Positions 12,004 to 26,781 of a stretch of DNA of 64,000 nt are shown piece after piece. This stretch comes from Epiperipatus broadwayi (taxonomy: Eukaryota; Animalia; Onychophora): positions 4,340,001 through 4,404,000 of the forward strand of contig JAQFVV010000006.1 in NCBI GenBank assembly GCA_028023455.1, given 5' to 3'. The notes below the pieces were generated by a model. The model did not search any database and had not been told where the DNA came from. It worked only from the letters and a program-made list of their open reading frames with translations. A program made the position numbers and the translations under genes. Each line of letters begins with the position of its first letter. Within the stretch, counting starts at the first letter, position 1.

Positions 12004-15000
12004 AAAAAGAATAATAACTTATGTATATAATTTTAAAACATGGGGATATTTAAAGAAGTAAAATATAATAACATAATAAAATTGCATTTATTTAAGAATT
12101 TAAAAAACTGAATAAAACTACTAATATTCAACAATATTTTAAAATTAGTTGAAGTGTTAAATCTTAAAAATATGGAAGTAAAATAGAAAATGACTTAAGC
12201 CACTTTCACAAAAGCAGTTTACCTATTGAGATTAATAAAAAAATAAATATGTAATTGAAACATCCACTTAAAATAATACAAATCCAAGATTATATTACAT
12301 AAATTCCCAAAAATAATTCAGTTTCGACTGTCCAACAGTTTTCTTCAGTTCTTCCAAATACACAATACATACAAATACGTTATCATAATAAAATTTAACA
12401 TATAAAATAAATTGTGTGTATTAAAAGTGCCAAGAATAATCAAATCATGTGACATAAATGATGAACAGATCATTGATTCAAAAACGTTTAGCTCTTCAAT
12501 TCATCAACATTGCACTGATCTATAACCAGCACTCAAATTAATAAATAGCAAAAAAAGACTAAACTAAATCTAAGGACTAAAATTAAAAGTGAATATTCTT
12601 TTGACTTTGCATAACTATGGATTAATTAAAAGTTTCTTTACTATTCTTGGCCAAGAATTAAATAAGATTTACTTCATATATTGAAGCAGTCAATCTTAGT
12701 TTAAGATTGAGCTTCATGGTTTCATCTACAAACCTGTGTTCAAATCCTATATCCCATCCCGCTTTTAGTTGTGTATATATATTTTATGTATATATTTGAG
12801 ATGTGTGCCTAAAAGTTATAACATTTTAACTTTATAATATTTTTTTATTATTATTAATTCTTTTTTTCACATTAAAAATACATAGGTGCGGCTCAGATAT
12901 ATATTATAGAAGCAAAAATACTAACAAAATATTGATTTTTTAAAAATATTTTATTATACGTCATTTTTAAAACTTTTTAAATTGCTTTTTCTATTAAACT
13001 GTATATTTGATAAAATCCAAGATGGAAGATGCAACCGTTAATTGTCCAAAAGTAATTAAAGGGGGGGGGGAATATAATATTGTTTTAATCTGGGGAAGGA
13101 ATTTTTAATTAAGTTTTTACTTAAAATAAAATGGGATTAATAGATTTTACTTTTGTATAAACATTTTTGTCAAATCTATTTTCAATCTGGAAATAGATTT
13201 GAATATATTTTGGAATGTTATCTAATGTTTGCATCTTCCAAAAACAATGGACAAAGAAATGTAAAATTTCTTTTAGATTAAAGATTACGTTTAAGCTAGA
13301 GATAAGAAATTGAAAGCATTCTTCAAATACCTGGGCAGGAGTATATAATTGGCTAATTTTAAATACCAGAGATTAGCTACTATTGAGAGAACTGTGTTGT
13401 CATAACCCATGCTGCTTTGTAATATAAAAATGATGATTGGGTAGAAAGCCCATCACCTTTGCGATCCTTGGGGGGTCATCCACTGTCATACCATCCTTCC
13501 CATAAAATGAAGTAAAGACCTGACTTGAGAACTTTGGAATGCTGATCAGAAGCTGGCTGTCACCAAGAAGAATTCACATGGATCCATTAAATGCCATACT
13601 TTGAAAAATGGACTCTTAAATGGTGCAAGGTAAATTATTTCAAACCGAGACCATTGAAACTAAATCTAGCTTGCCTAATTACTCTCAAACTCTATTAAGA
13701 TTTCTCCTAATGTATTATTTATTAACTTTGTGTCTCACAAAAATGTAAATTGCTCTCAAAGAATTTTTATGAATCTTATTCTCCCTTATATGCTTTAACT
13801 TTGGTGCGGTCATTTATTTATATGTATTTACTATTTGATTTTATATGTATGCTTTTATTATTATTAATATGCCAATCTCAAGCAATCTGATGAGTTGAAT
13901 TTCTAAAATCTTTTCTTCCTTCTTTTAAGTAAACCTTCATGAATTAAGGTTATTAATGTCCCTTTAAAACATAACGCATTATTAATTAATACGCTCACCA
14001 GATTGTTTTTACGAGTCAACATTTTGTTTATGTTTTAGTATAAAAATTTGTTATTTGTTTAACTCTGGATTCTATCCGGGGTGAATCCAGAACTTAGTCT
14101 AATTAATGCTCTGAAACCTTATTTATTTTATAAATGTTATTTACTCAATTCTGAGAGGGTGACTTATTGTTTTCTATATATAACTGCTAGTTTTTATTTT
14201 TTATTTTTCCATACTCTTAAAATATCATACATTTAAATATTCTAGTTATTACCAAAACCCATGAAGATAGGATTGAATTATTTTAAATATCAGAAAAGGA
14301 GGGGGGTCAAATCTAAATGTATATTTTAGTAAATGAAATCTAAATCTCTCTATATATATTATAGCGGCATAGCATATTATTTGTCTAAATTATGGCATTC
14401 AAACAATGGTCATTTATTTTAAAGCAGTAAATTCTATTCCATGTCATTTGTGACATACATCCATACTGTGTTATTGACATTTGGCCTTATCTTCATGATT
14501 ATATATATGTGCTTATAATCTGGGGGTTGTGACAAGATTGAACCCATAGATTTCTTCTCACGTCTTGTTCTGAGGATAGGTGACCTTCCCAGGACCACTT
14601 ATTTCATATAAAAGGGCATCTGGCAGTGATTCCAGTATGCCTGGCACATGCTATGCCTATCCATTTTCTTCGTATAAAGGGCCTCTGCACGTCAGTGACG
14701 TCCACGGCATGCCTATCCATTTTTCTCTAAGCACTGCCCAAGAAGGGGGTCTTAGACTTCGTCTTTTGTCCAGAAACATGACATTTTCCTGTTATTTCTG
14801 TGCTATTGTCAGTACCGCCACTTATTCATATTATTATTTCTTTTTGTTTATGACCTAATTTTAGTGCTGTAATGTTAAAATTGCGCTCTGCTCAAAATAC
14901 ATATATAAATGCCAAATATGACTAGTTTTGTTAATTAAAATGTTATTTCAATTGTATTATACAATCCACCATCATAATTTGTTAGTTCTGTATTTAAGAA

Positions 15001-15929
15001 TATATGACTTGGGGAAAATAAAGCGTTCTTCTTACTATTGTTAAAAGAATTTCCAATAAATATTTTGTCATATAACTAAATGTAATTTTCAAATGTGTTT
15101 TACTTATTTTCATGACTGTAATTGTGTGAAAATAATTTATATTATATCTGTAATGAATCTCGGAACATTCCTCACAAAGCGTTAATGGCAATATTATGTA
15201 ATCTTTTTAATAAATGATTGGCATTTTAATACCCTACCCACCAAAGATGTGTGTTAATATATATCTCTTATTTAATTGATGAAAGAGCATATGAGAACCA
15301 TTAGCATGAATTTCCATATGTAATTATCTACCGTTGGGTAGACCGCTCATTCATGCACATATTAATGTATATAATTAAGTCATAATGTATATAATTAATT
15401 CTTAATATTAAACAATTTTTATTGACTAACTTAGTTGAGTAGTTTGAATTCCTTTTTCTCCACTTCAACACGTACAACCACGTGTATGCATATTTTAGTT
15501 AAGTTATAATGCAGTTAATATTGAGTCTCATTGTTTTCTCCGCTCTGCTAGTGGGCCGGATTGGAAGAAATTCTTGTGTGCTATCATTATATGTTATTCC
15601 TTAGATGTTTGATCTGGGCTTAGAGAGTGGGTTTGAATCCAGGTTGGATCCCTGACCTAAATCTCGGGCTTGACTGGGTTTGAAGTACATTTTTTGTTCC
15701 AATTCATATTAGATGGATCAACATGTTTTGACCGGTACAATATAAAACTGATTACTTTTAAATTAGTATATACATTATGGTGTTTTCCTGATGATTTGTG
15801 ATGATATTATTTTAATTCTAATTATATATTGGATTATTTCCATAATCTAATATAAGTATTGGATATCTTTAGAAACATTTAACTTTATTTTAATATTCCA
15901 AATACATTCAACTGTTAGTAATAGCACAC

Positions 15930-16090
15930 AGGTTAATATATGCACACCGTTTCGAGAGGTATTATTTCCCCCTCTTCTTCAGGTGTTGCTGGCTTGACCA
16001 GCGACAGTGCTAGCATGGGAATCAAACCTGGATCTTTGGATTCTTGAATATTGAATTTTATAACGCTCTAACCAACTGAGCCATCCTGCC
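15930..16090 (-). mobile_element. SINE-like element: tRNA-derived head (A and B boxes) followed by a hammerhead-like motif
   Basis: Minus strand ggcaggaTGGCTCAGTTGGttagagcg...caGGTTTGATTCCcatg...caacac-CTGAAGA-a-GAGGGG-gaaataata-CCTCTC-GAAAC-g-gtgtgc. Confidence 0.6.
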
Positions 16091-18370
16091 AAAGGTAACA
16101 GTCAGTAGAAATTTCATATTTATGAGGTTCCTCTCAATTCCTCTACTTTTGCTTAAGAGCAAAGTTGATCAATGGTTTCCATATATTATGCATAGTCACA
16201 CTAGGTTGACTTATGGGGTTGTTAGTCATTGTTATGTGAACAGCTTCTTTAAATTTTCTTCTTTATACCTTTTCTTTTCTATCCAATCATGGTCTGCTAT
16301 CTTAGACACACCTGTTTTCTCTCTTCTAATCGTCAGTTTGTGTTACTATTAGTTTGGACAATTATTACATCTTTCTTATTCATCTTCTGCATATCTGTCT
16401 ACCTCATAGAAGAACAGCTTCATGGAAGTTTTACATTTGGTATCAAGCAAAAAAATAGTGAAATCGTGGTTTCATCAAGGAATACATCTTTCCAAAAATA
16501 TTAATATGAAGATAAATTTTTACATAAAAAAATTTTCCATTGTGATTGATGGAAAGTCTTTGATGGATGGAGTAATTTTTTAGTCGGTAATTAAAAAACC
16601 TGTTTATTCTGGCCTGACATAAATATTCACAGCTAAGAGCCTTGGTAAAATTCCACAAGATATGAGCGGAGAGATTTGAATTGTGACATTAACAAGATTG
16701 GAAAAAGATCGGGTTGTGGTAGGGTTGGGTATTTTCATGAACTGGCCCTTGTGGCACATATAATTGCAATGAAGATCTGCTTTACAGCCAAATTAACTTT
16801 GATAAAATTTATTAATGTCCAGTTCACATATGATTAAATGATCAGAACAGTTGTGGCCGGTTGGATGTTCCCATCTTCTGAATCTCTTCTTCATGTAATA
16901 TTCAGAAATTGCCTCTTGTGGCACATTCGATTGTAACAATGATCTGCATGGTAGGCAAATTAATTTTGATAAAATTCATAAATGTTCAGTTCACTTAGGT
17001 ACAAATAATGATTGTATGATCATTACAAGAGATATTCTTCAGGTGATACATTATGTCCCCACAAAGCTCATAGAAATCCATATTAAGGATTTGAAAAATC
17101 ATATAACTTTTCCTATTCTCCATGTAGTAATATCCTATTGGCACATATCAAATAATCTTTCACTATTTACATAGCAGATTTATTAGCAATTTATTTTGTA
17201 CAGTTCATTGTTTATTAACTGCTTAACACAAAATGGGAAATATCTGAATGGTATACTACTTGCTATAACCATATTCAATACTATCCTATTCATATTTCTA
17301 TACTAACTTCTGTCCTTCACTAGTGAGGAGCTTGGATATAGATCTGGTAAATCTAAACCTTTTGAACCTAAAATGCCTTCCAACCAAAATCTATCTTTTA
17401 CATTTTTTTTTAACAATCAAGTTATCTATCTGACATTCAAAAACATTTTTAATGTTTCAAATCCAAGTCAAATGCTTACATAGATCAAAAATTATACAAT
17501 ACAATGTCCTCAGTTTTTCTGGCACCATTATTTACTGGCTACGGTAGAATAAAATCAAAACATATCACATGACCTAGCTGAAATAAAGTGAGGCATCAAA
17601 TTCTATTTTCTTAAGCTGGTAGCAGCGGAAAAGAATAGTTTGCTTCTGTAATGCATTATGAAGGTGAGATAGGGTTAGGGTAGTCGTGATTTTTTTTAGG
17701 GATTTTAGGTAGCCAATGAATGAGCAATCGGTACCAAGTCTAAATAGATGAAATTTATGAGGTAACTCTATTACATGCTCCTAAATCAAAGTTCAAACAA
17801 ACGTTTTATTATAAATCAATAAAATGTCACCTGTTGTACTGTTGATTTCTTTTCCCATTTGACAATGAGTCTTATACAACTAATTTAACCTTTATTTTTT
17901 TGTCAATGTTATTTTATTACTACATTTCGACTGTCTAACAATCTTCCTCAAGCTTATAGATGATTGTTATTTGAATGTTTTATGAGGTTTAATTTTTTAA
18001 AAGATATTTTGTTTTAAATCATATATAACAAATTAAAGTCAATCCCAACACAATTTCATACACGAAAAAAATATTAACTATACATAAGTACATTTTGAGT
18101 GCATTTCATAAAAATATAAATATGTTGCCATTTATAGCTCTGGAAAAGATGGCTACATAGTCAAAATATGAAACAGCATTTACTAAAATAATTGAACGCT
18201 TTACGGTTTAAAATTCAATAAAAAGTTTAAATACCAGAAGTAACAGACCTAAGACATGATCGATGGGACTTGAGCTCTAAAGTCTGTGAATGTTTAAAAA
18301 AAAGTGTTAAAAGTAAATGTATGCTGTACTTTTTAAGATATACTCATATAGAATATTTTCATAAATTTAC

Positions 18371-18444
18371 CTGACAGGTCCACTTATTCCCGTTCCAAGC
18401 CTTTGATTCCAATCGACATTATAATCTTCTAAAATTGAAATTTT
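18371..18444 (-). CDS. MAPKAPK5: MAPKAPK5 coding exon 2 (KISILEDYNVDWNQRLGTGISGPV-R); not in the ORF track
   Basis: tttctatttcag acceptor and AG|gtaaat donor, 74 nt. Translation matches MK5 ETSILEEYSINWTQKLGAGISGPVR (Gly-rich loop). Confidence 0.95.
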
Positions 18445-18877
18445 CTGAAATAGAAAATACAAAAATTAACGAAACTTAAAAAAAAATTATACAAAGACAA
18501 CAAATAGCCATATTTTTTTATTAATAATTATATCCGTTCACAAACAAGAGTGGGAAATAAGTTATACAGAATTTGAAAAATACAGTGAAAATAAAATTCT
18601 ACGAATTCCCAAACAATTAGCCACTCTTAAGCATCAAAATAGATTGTGGTTTTTAAATTTTTATTTATATTTGCCATACTGTTTTAAACACAAAACTTCA
18701 ATAATGAAAAGCAATATGAAAAAACATTGTCCATTGAAAATCTAACTACCATATTACCATAAAACTTTATCAACATTTTATATTCATATAAATATAATAT
18801 GATAGAGCTGCCATATAGCTGGAGACACATTATGCAGAGAAAATTTAACTAACATAATACTACAAATTTGAACAAGA

Positions 18878-18965
18878 TCAGCGCAGCTGCCTTGCAATCA
18901 ATTGCTTACAGACAGTTGTTGCGGGTTCGCTTCCCGGCTGATGCTTTGACATATGGAAAATAAAA
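18878..18965 (+). mobile_element. Decayed copy of the tRNA-Gly-derived SINE
   Basis: gcgcagctgcctt...gcgggttcgcttcccggctgatgctttgacatatggaaaa shares the B box and the tttgacatatg tail. Confidence 0.7.
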
Positions 18966-19199
18966 TTTAAACCGTATTAATCTTTTGCTTCCATATAAAA
19001 GTAATACAATAAGACAAATTTGTGGTCAAGTGATTCCAAGATTTTGGATGGTTATTGAAAAATATATACATCTTATATATCTAGAAATCAGTTTGAACTC
19101 TAAATTTAATTCAAACACATGACTAAATATATAAAAAGAAAATGAATAGTTTACTGCTCAGGAGTTGATAAAAAGTTCAAGCATAGGAAATAACAATCC

Positions 19200-20341
19200 T
19201 GGGTTGTAATTCATGACCCTTGAGCTCTAATCTGCCATTCCCAGTTGCTTCTTGGTAGGCCAAATTGCTTTTGGTGTTGTTGACAAAACTTCTCAGACAT
19301 ACCCCAAATAAATTGATCAAGAAGAGTTCCTTCTTTAAAACCTTTATTAAAACTCATAATTGGCCAGCTTCTCTCCCTTTTCTGGATGCCTCTTCCTAAA
19401 ATGTAGCCCACTCACATGGTTAGGAGTAGGGCTAAAACAGTTACATTTCTGATCGCTTCAGCATTACAAGTTCACCAACTTATTCAGATCGCAAAATTTT
19501 TTTTGCTAAATCAGACCAAACCTAATAAAGCTACTATTTTATATTTATCTTTTTTCCTAATATTATTTAGACAACGGATATTTTCAACTGGTCAAAATTA
19601 TTTGGCCACCCATTGCCATTATTACTGTTAAACTCATCTATATTTGTTCGTCCTAACATTTTTAGATTTGCAATTGCCTTAAATTTCTATTTCCTTTCTC
19701 TATAAAATGCTCTCTCGCTCCAGTTTTAATCGACTACACCAGTTTGGTCAACTGCACTAAGTTTTCTTTTTCTATAGAGTCTCCCTTTCCCCAAAGTTTT
19801 AATCAACTGTGCTACTTTTCTTCTGTCTCATATCAAACTGATTGCCAAATTTCCTGCTTATTAATTTTTTATTTAGTAAGAGTTTCTAGATCTAAATGTT
19901 GCTACTGTGACTCTTGCTAACCCTAATCATAATAAATTAAGTCGGTCACTCGAATTAAAATATTTTCTACTTTAATCACTAGCGAATGCATTTACAAAAT
20001 CTAGCATAAAATATATTGTTATATATTTCAATAATATACATAGGATATAAAACTATATAGCATATAAAAATAAAAGTGAAATGTAACTGTAATAAGTCCT
20101 CAAGTCTACGGAGTTACTCTGTGGACTAGCCATACCCGGATTGGAAATTCCTCTGGTAGCAACCAATCACTGGTCAGAATCAAAGTGTATCCAAAAATAT
20201 TCTGCTCCCCTTTTTATACCGTTTTATGCTAAATTAGCATATTTCGTAATTTCTGCAGTGTTTTTCAATTTAATTCAAGTTATAATTATTCTTTCTGAGT
20301 AAAGAAGGGGTTATCTCTTCTTAAATAATCTAGTGATTACA
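19200..20341 (-). mobile_element. Possible LTR (19897-20341) with adjacent gag-like relic
   Basis: Minus-strand segment begins TGTAA (20341) and ends CAACA (19897). Downstream ORF piece contains LLDQFIWGM, resembling Gypsy gag DQFIxG. No clear PBS. Confidence 0.35.
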
Positions 20342-22680
20342 TTATTGTCCAAAATCTATTATTAGTTTATTAAGACAGCAACTGTCTTTCTATTATTAAA
20401 TTACTTTACGTTTGAATCTTTAATTCACCTTTCTAGTTAGTTTTAAAAATCAATTTATATTCGGGGTTTTTTTTTTCTTCAAATTTAGTATAGATGTACA
20501 ATATTTTTTATTATATCTTATAAGTGGAAAAAAATACAATAGAAAATATATAGATTTTAAACAAATATATTAAACAAACGTAAAAAAAAAAAATTAAGCA
20601 ACAGAGGTGCATTAATCCCGCTTTTTTTCTAAGTATTTATTATTATTTCAAGTGATTTTATATAGTACAAATATACTTTAAAATCTCATACAAACAGAAT
20701 TTCTTTTAAAAAAACAACAATGAATAAGCAATAGATAATATCAGCGCTTTAACAACTTTCTTTTTTATTTTTTTACATGATAAAAATAATAAATGGACAC
20801 AATAAGTGATAATATGTTAAAAAATTAAATCTATTAAACAAAAATTACATCTGTTATTCCACTATAAAAGACAAATAAATTAAAACGTAAAAAAAAAAAG
20901 ATCATTTCCTTTTTATTTATTTCAAATTATTTTTTAAAAAATTATTTAATAAATTTTTTTAAAAAAAAAAAAAAAACCTGTTGATAGATGAGATCTGATG
21001 AATTGAAATGACAAATCTGCAGGATAATTGTATTTTATTCATTAATTAGCGATTAAATAATATTAAAAAATTAAAATTTATAAAAATATTTTTATTTAAT
21101 AATTTCTAATTTTTTTTTATTTTAAAATGTAAATAAATAAAATTGTCATTATCGAAAATATGAATATAGAGGTAAGACTGTATTTAATTATTTAATAATA
21201 ATTTAATTTAATACTATAATTAATTTCATTAAAGATAAATTAAAGCAACAGTGGAATGATATATTATAAAATATCTACAAAAATTTATTTAAATATAAAC
21301 ATCTATTACAAGTTTATAATCCCAAAAATTACACGCTTTTACGCTTGTTAGAGAAGCTATATTTATTGATATTATTTATGCTTAATGTTTTCAAAGCTCC
21401 ATGGCTTCATATTCATAGCTGTGAGCAGTGACTTGACAGTAATGTTTAATACAAGAACAAGTAACCATATAATCAACAATGAACCAGTAGTCAATTTTAC
21501 AAATATTCCCTTATTAAACGTTATATGCCTCCTGAGTAGATACGGTGGTAGAGTGGATCTCCAAATCCACCTGTTGCCACACAATTCTAAAATTCTGGTG
21601 TTCAAACTTCGAGCAATAAACCAATATGTTATCTAAACATATTTTAAATATAAGATTTAATACTATGCTTTTATTTTTAATAGACTAATATATGACTAAT
21701 ATATACTCTCATTATTTCATTTCAAAAATTACGTATATGTATGCAGAAGGTCTGTATCATGAATACTGATGTCTTTAACATGTACTGTCACAAAACTTTA
21801 CAATATGAACTATGGATGGAAATATATGAATGGGAGACTTTTGATGAAACAGATGATGCAGAAATAAAAAAAAATGGATGCAGATAATTAAAGAATATTA
21901 TTTTGACTCTTTAAAAGTCAGATATTCCCAGCACCATTATTTTTATTCCCTCTATTCACTCTTTGCTTTTCAGTCACTTATGTTAATATTTAGTCAGGTC
22001 ATCTTGAGATCAATCACTTATTTAATGATTACTGAAATTGATTGTTTGTGTGACTATATTTCTGTCCATTAATTATAAATAGACACAAAAATTCTGACTT
22101 CAATCTTTTTTCCTTATTTCTTTTTTATTCTATATTACAGTTTTGTTTTTAAATACTTATATTTACCTAAGAACCTCTGTGTATTTAGGTTAAATTTTAT
22201 TCATTTTTACCATATTTCCATCAAATTAATTTGCTTCGAATTTTGTATATAATAAAAATTGATGACAATGAAATATAACAATGAAGGATTGTCCAGTCGT
22301 TTGCCCAGCCTAATGGTATTGGGGCAGGCCAAACTTCAAACATGTTGACATCAGTTCAGTGATGCACATGAGAGGGTGATATAGTTTTTTTTAAAAAAAA
22401 TCTTATACTGAAAAGCTTTTATGATAAATTAAAATAGAAATAAAAGCCTTAAATTCTCTTCATTGTAAAAATTGCCTTTTTTAAAAATACTTCCTTCGTA
22501 AGTAAAATAATATGGGAATTAATTTTTAATACATACAAATTTCTTTTCAAATATTACACAGACTGCAACATTGTTTTTATTATCCATTTTCAAATTTGAA
22601 TAATACGAAAAAGTTAAAAATAATATATATGAAGAAAATTTTACAATAAATACTTTTACTAGTGCAGTATGTAAAAAACT

Positions 22681-22742
22681 ACTAAACATCACATGATCAC
22701 CACTAGGTGGCACTACTGTATGGAGAGTTTTGACTGTTTTAG
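22681..22742. repeat. Internally deleted family A fragment
   Basis: taaacatcacatgatcacca (inverted terminus) fused to ggtggcactactgtatggagagttttg. Confidence 0.75.
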
Positions 22743-22757
22743 CGCAGTATTTGTATG

Positions 22758-23115
22758 CAATTTTAATCAGAAGGGAACTACATCCTATACACGTGTTGTA
22801 ATGTTGTTTTAATATCAATGATGCTTTATTGAGTACGAAGGATACTCTCAAACCAAAGCATAAGATAAAGACTTTGAAAAGATAAGAGTGTCTGTCTTAT
22901 TTTTGTTTCTAAATTCACTTATATAGGCCAATCTAAAGCATCTTGAAATATGAATGTGAAGCTCTTCTGTTAATTACTTTATATCCATTAACTTTATTCT
23001 ATTATTTGACTATCATGTGCTTTGGTTTGAGAGTATCCTTAGTACTTAACAGAACAGTATTAAAACAAGATTATAGAGAATGTGTATAGGGCAGAATTCC
23101 CTTCTGATTAAAATA
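22758..23115. repeat. Inverted repeat, ~105 bp arms with ~150 bp spacer
   Basis: attttaatcagaagggaa...gaaggatactctcaaaccaaagca (22758-22860) versus tgctttggtttgagagtatcctt...ttcccttctgattaaaat (~23010-23115). Confidence 0.75.
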
Positions 23116-23759
23116 CTTTTATTAATTGTAATTGTAGAGGATTTAAACATAGACTCTCAAACACATCTCAGCTTTCGACTCCATCTCATACGACTGAAAC
23201 AATTATATCAAATTTCCAAGTATATTAAATTATTTGTATTCTAATATTTCGTTTATTAAGTGGACATTAAAAAGCCAACGATAATTGTTTTCGTCAACCA
23301 CAATTTGGATTTTTAGATTTAATTTGAAATAAAAGCATGTTAAATCTAAAAATCCAGATTCTTCAGTACACAAATAAATAAAAGCGTTCATTATAAAAAT
23401 ATTTTTTATTCGCATTATTTTCTCCTATTCATTTTCTTCTGAAATTAGAATAACCATACAATTTTATGTGCAGGTGTTAATGACGACAATAAATGAAATT
23501 TATAAGTTGCCCACTCTAAAGCAAGACTTTAAAATAAATAGCAGTCAATAATCAATGTACTATTTGCAGGTCTGTTTTTTATTACAAATATATCAAGGAT
23601 GGTAGGAACACATAGCTTTACAAAAAACTGATCCTATATTCAGGTTTATGCACATACATAGTTTCGTTATATACAGAAATATCATAATCAATATAACTAG
23701 CTATATAAGAAATCTGGCTTGAATTCAAACTAAAAATGTTTGAATCCTGACTTACTAAA

Positions 23760-24250
23760 TTCATCCTCCTCCTCCTCATTGTCATTTTCACCATTATCGA
23801 TCCACTTCAGGATGAAGATCTCTCCATTTTCAATCCAATTTCTCTGATCTCTAGTCCCTCCTCTCCATATCATCTCAGCACACTTCCTTATTGTAGTCAT
23901 CCATCTCACATGTGGTTTCTTTCTAGGTCTTTATCGTTTCAACTGTCCAACTATTAGCATCTCTTCTAGCAATAAGTCCAGCCCAACTCCACTTCAGTCT
24001 CTTAATTCTTTCAATGATGTCAGTAACACGTTCTCTCATTTATGTATTTCGTTTTTGATCTCTTCTTGTTATCCTAAACATATATCTCTCCATACTTGTG
24101 CGGTCTGAAGACTTTGTATTGCTCTCCTGTCAAGTATCCAAGTCTCACATCTGTAAGTAAGAATTGGTAACAAATATTTATTGAACATCTTCCTAGTCAG
24201 ACATGTAGATATACTCCCTTTTAATTCTACTAGATTAGAAAGTATTAAAA
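23760..24250 (-). mobile_element. RTE LINE 3' fragment, same family as 48730-50960
   Basis: RKMFNKYLLPILTYRCETWILDRRAIQSLQTAQ; shared aagtggagttggactgggcttattgctagaagagatg; (gag/gat)n tail at ~23760. Confidence 0.85.
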
Positions 24251-25539
24251 TGAAAGTAAACACCAAGGCCTCTGCTACTCACAGTGTCCATATCCAGAAG
24301 CTAAATCATGGGTTTTGAGAGGTATCGCAATCTGGTGTTCACTGGTTACTCAAATTTACAATATATGGCTTTGAGAGTAGAATAAAAAGTAGATTACTGC
24401 TCTTAAAGCACATGGAGAATGCAAAATGGAAGTGTTAGGAGTGGAATTAAAGAAATCTAGTTACCATATAACCTTAGTTTCTAGAATATAGTCACTGAAC
24501 TTAAATAAGACGCATACAATTTCTATGAATCACATGAAACACCATGCTTATCATCACTAAGATTTTTCAATCGGCTGTTAAGTTAATCTTTTACTTATGA
24601 AAAAAAAAAAGTGGTTCCATCTTTCTCGCTAGGCTAAGGTATAATTCTTGGATTACACAGATTGGGATTCATTTAATTCATAAAAGTTTAAATATATCCT
24701 ACGAAAGGGGAAAATTTAAAAAGTGGGACCACCTTTTTCTTATAAATAAAAAGTTTCCTTGATACCAGATTGAAACATCTTGATGTTGATAACTGTGGGC
24801 TGCTTTCAAGTGATTTACATTTATAAACCAATCTAGCTATGAGCGAAATGAATTTCATTCTCTTAACATCTACATAAATATATTAACTTAGCTTAAAACC
24901 TTAAGTGTTTGCTGGATGTGTAAATCCAATACCACTAATGTGAATGCGAACAATCAGAAACCAGTCTGGGGGGATCGGTGGACATGAACAATAGATGGCT
25001 ATGAATAGAATCTACTCATTTGGTATATATCATATACATCCCTACCAAGCTTTTTTATAATTTTGTCCTCTCTTTGAAATACAATTTAAAACAAACAAAA
25101 CTAATATATACTACACAAATGCTTTACGATTCCACATTTCCAAAAATGGCTGACAGAGTGGAAAAATGAAGCAGTCTGAGTTAGTATTATTTGCTTCAAT
25201 TAGATTAATGGATGCAGAAAAGTTAGTGGAAGAAAGGGGGAATATTAAATATTTTCTTTAGAATAGATGTATCTTACAATAAATACAACATTAAATATTA
25301 AGAAAGAATAACAAGGTAATGAATAACAAAGTAATTTTAGATCATTGATAGATGTTAAAAAAAAAAGCTATAGACAATATAAATATATTTTTTAATTCAA
25401 AAAGATCAACTTTGAATATAAGTTTTTAAAAAAAGTGTACAGGAGTAAGTGAACAAGTTTTAAAAAGGGAAAATGAAAAAAGAAGATGGATTGAGAAAAT
25501 TAAAAATAGAAACTGGATTGCACATATATTAAGAAGTAT

Positions 25540-25690
25540 AGTTTAATGAAAGATATTTTGGAGGGAATGGTGAATGGAAACAAGATGAAAGGACAGAAAA
25601 AAGTGACAATGTTGGATGATATGAGAGATGGGAAGAGTTGTGTGAGATTGAAGAGCTGGGCAATGAATAGAATGGAGTAAAAAAATGGAT
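25540..25690 (+). mobile_element. LINE (RTE-like) extreme 3' coding fragment
   Basis: MKDILEGMVNGNKMKGQKKVTMLDDMRDG resembles the RTE C-terminal ILEGKIEGKRxRGRxRxxWLD motif. Confidence 0.55.
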
Positions 25691-26781
25691 GAATTAATGA
25701 TGTGACTAATCTCTGGACTTGTTCATGGGATAGAACACTATTGATGATGATAGAGACGTTTAATGGCCACAAACCAAAATTAAGTACATATAAAAAACTG
25801 GAAACACAAGAAAAACACAAATTTTCAATACTAATAATAAAACTGAAATACACGTACATTATCTATATTAAACTTAACGTAATTAGAAGGACTTAAATTC
25901 AGACTTTCAAGCTACCAATAGCTATGCACTCCATTTTACACAAATGATATACATTGACCATATACATGTAAAAAAGATCAATGATCTCCAATAGGCACAT
26001 TTTGTGCTGAATCAGCACACATCAGTCTGTCCAGATCACCATCTCCCACACATAAATGCAATCAGTGCTCAGTTTATATTAAAATAGCAAATCTTCAAAC
26101 TTTAGTCAACAAGCTTCAATCTTTTCCACACTATAACTCTTCACCCATCCATATCATTGAAAATCTGAGAATGGAACATTCAAAGCTCTTGTTGATACCA
26201 ATATTATCGTCATACCCATGTTGATTTTAAATCATTCCGACTCCTCACATATAAGACCTTAATATGCCCATTTAAATATACAGAAAAGGGATGGGCAGAA
26301 TTATCTGTACTAAATTTAGTTTAATTGAAAAGATTTGAACTCAGACTTTCATGCTCCCCATAGCTATCCATTCCATCTTATATAACCAATATACATGACC
26401 ACATACATGTGAAAAGGATAAATGATCTCCAACATATGCATTTTGAATCAACACACATCAATCTGTCCAGATCATCATCTCCCACACATAAATACAATCA
26501 GTGCTCAGTTCATATTAAGATAGCAAATCTTCAAACTCTTCAGTCATCCATATCATTGAAAATCTGAGAATGGAACATTCAAAGTCCCTGTTTATATCAA
26601 TATTATTGTCGATTTAATTTAAATATACAGAAAAGGACTGGGCAGAATGCAGGCTGAATATGTAATATTTAAATATATGTACATTATCTATAATCATTAA
26701 AAATGGTCTAATATACTTATGTAGAGTCTAAAGGACCACAGAGATTGAAATTATTGACACAAAGAAGTTTAAATAAACCTC

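Noticed and set aside
16500-17300. Penelope GIY-YIG coding relic with a ~160-bp duplication
   Set aside because: Only ALVAH- and QINFDK-like scraps; no GIY-YIG core motif seen, so not reported as a feature.
24935-24975. Hammerhead-like 3' half gaaaccagtctgggg
   Set aside because: The upstream CUGANGA box is not recognisable; at best an unassignable decayed copy.
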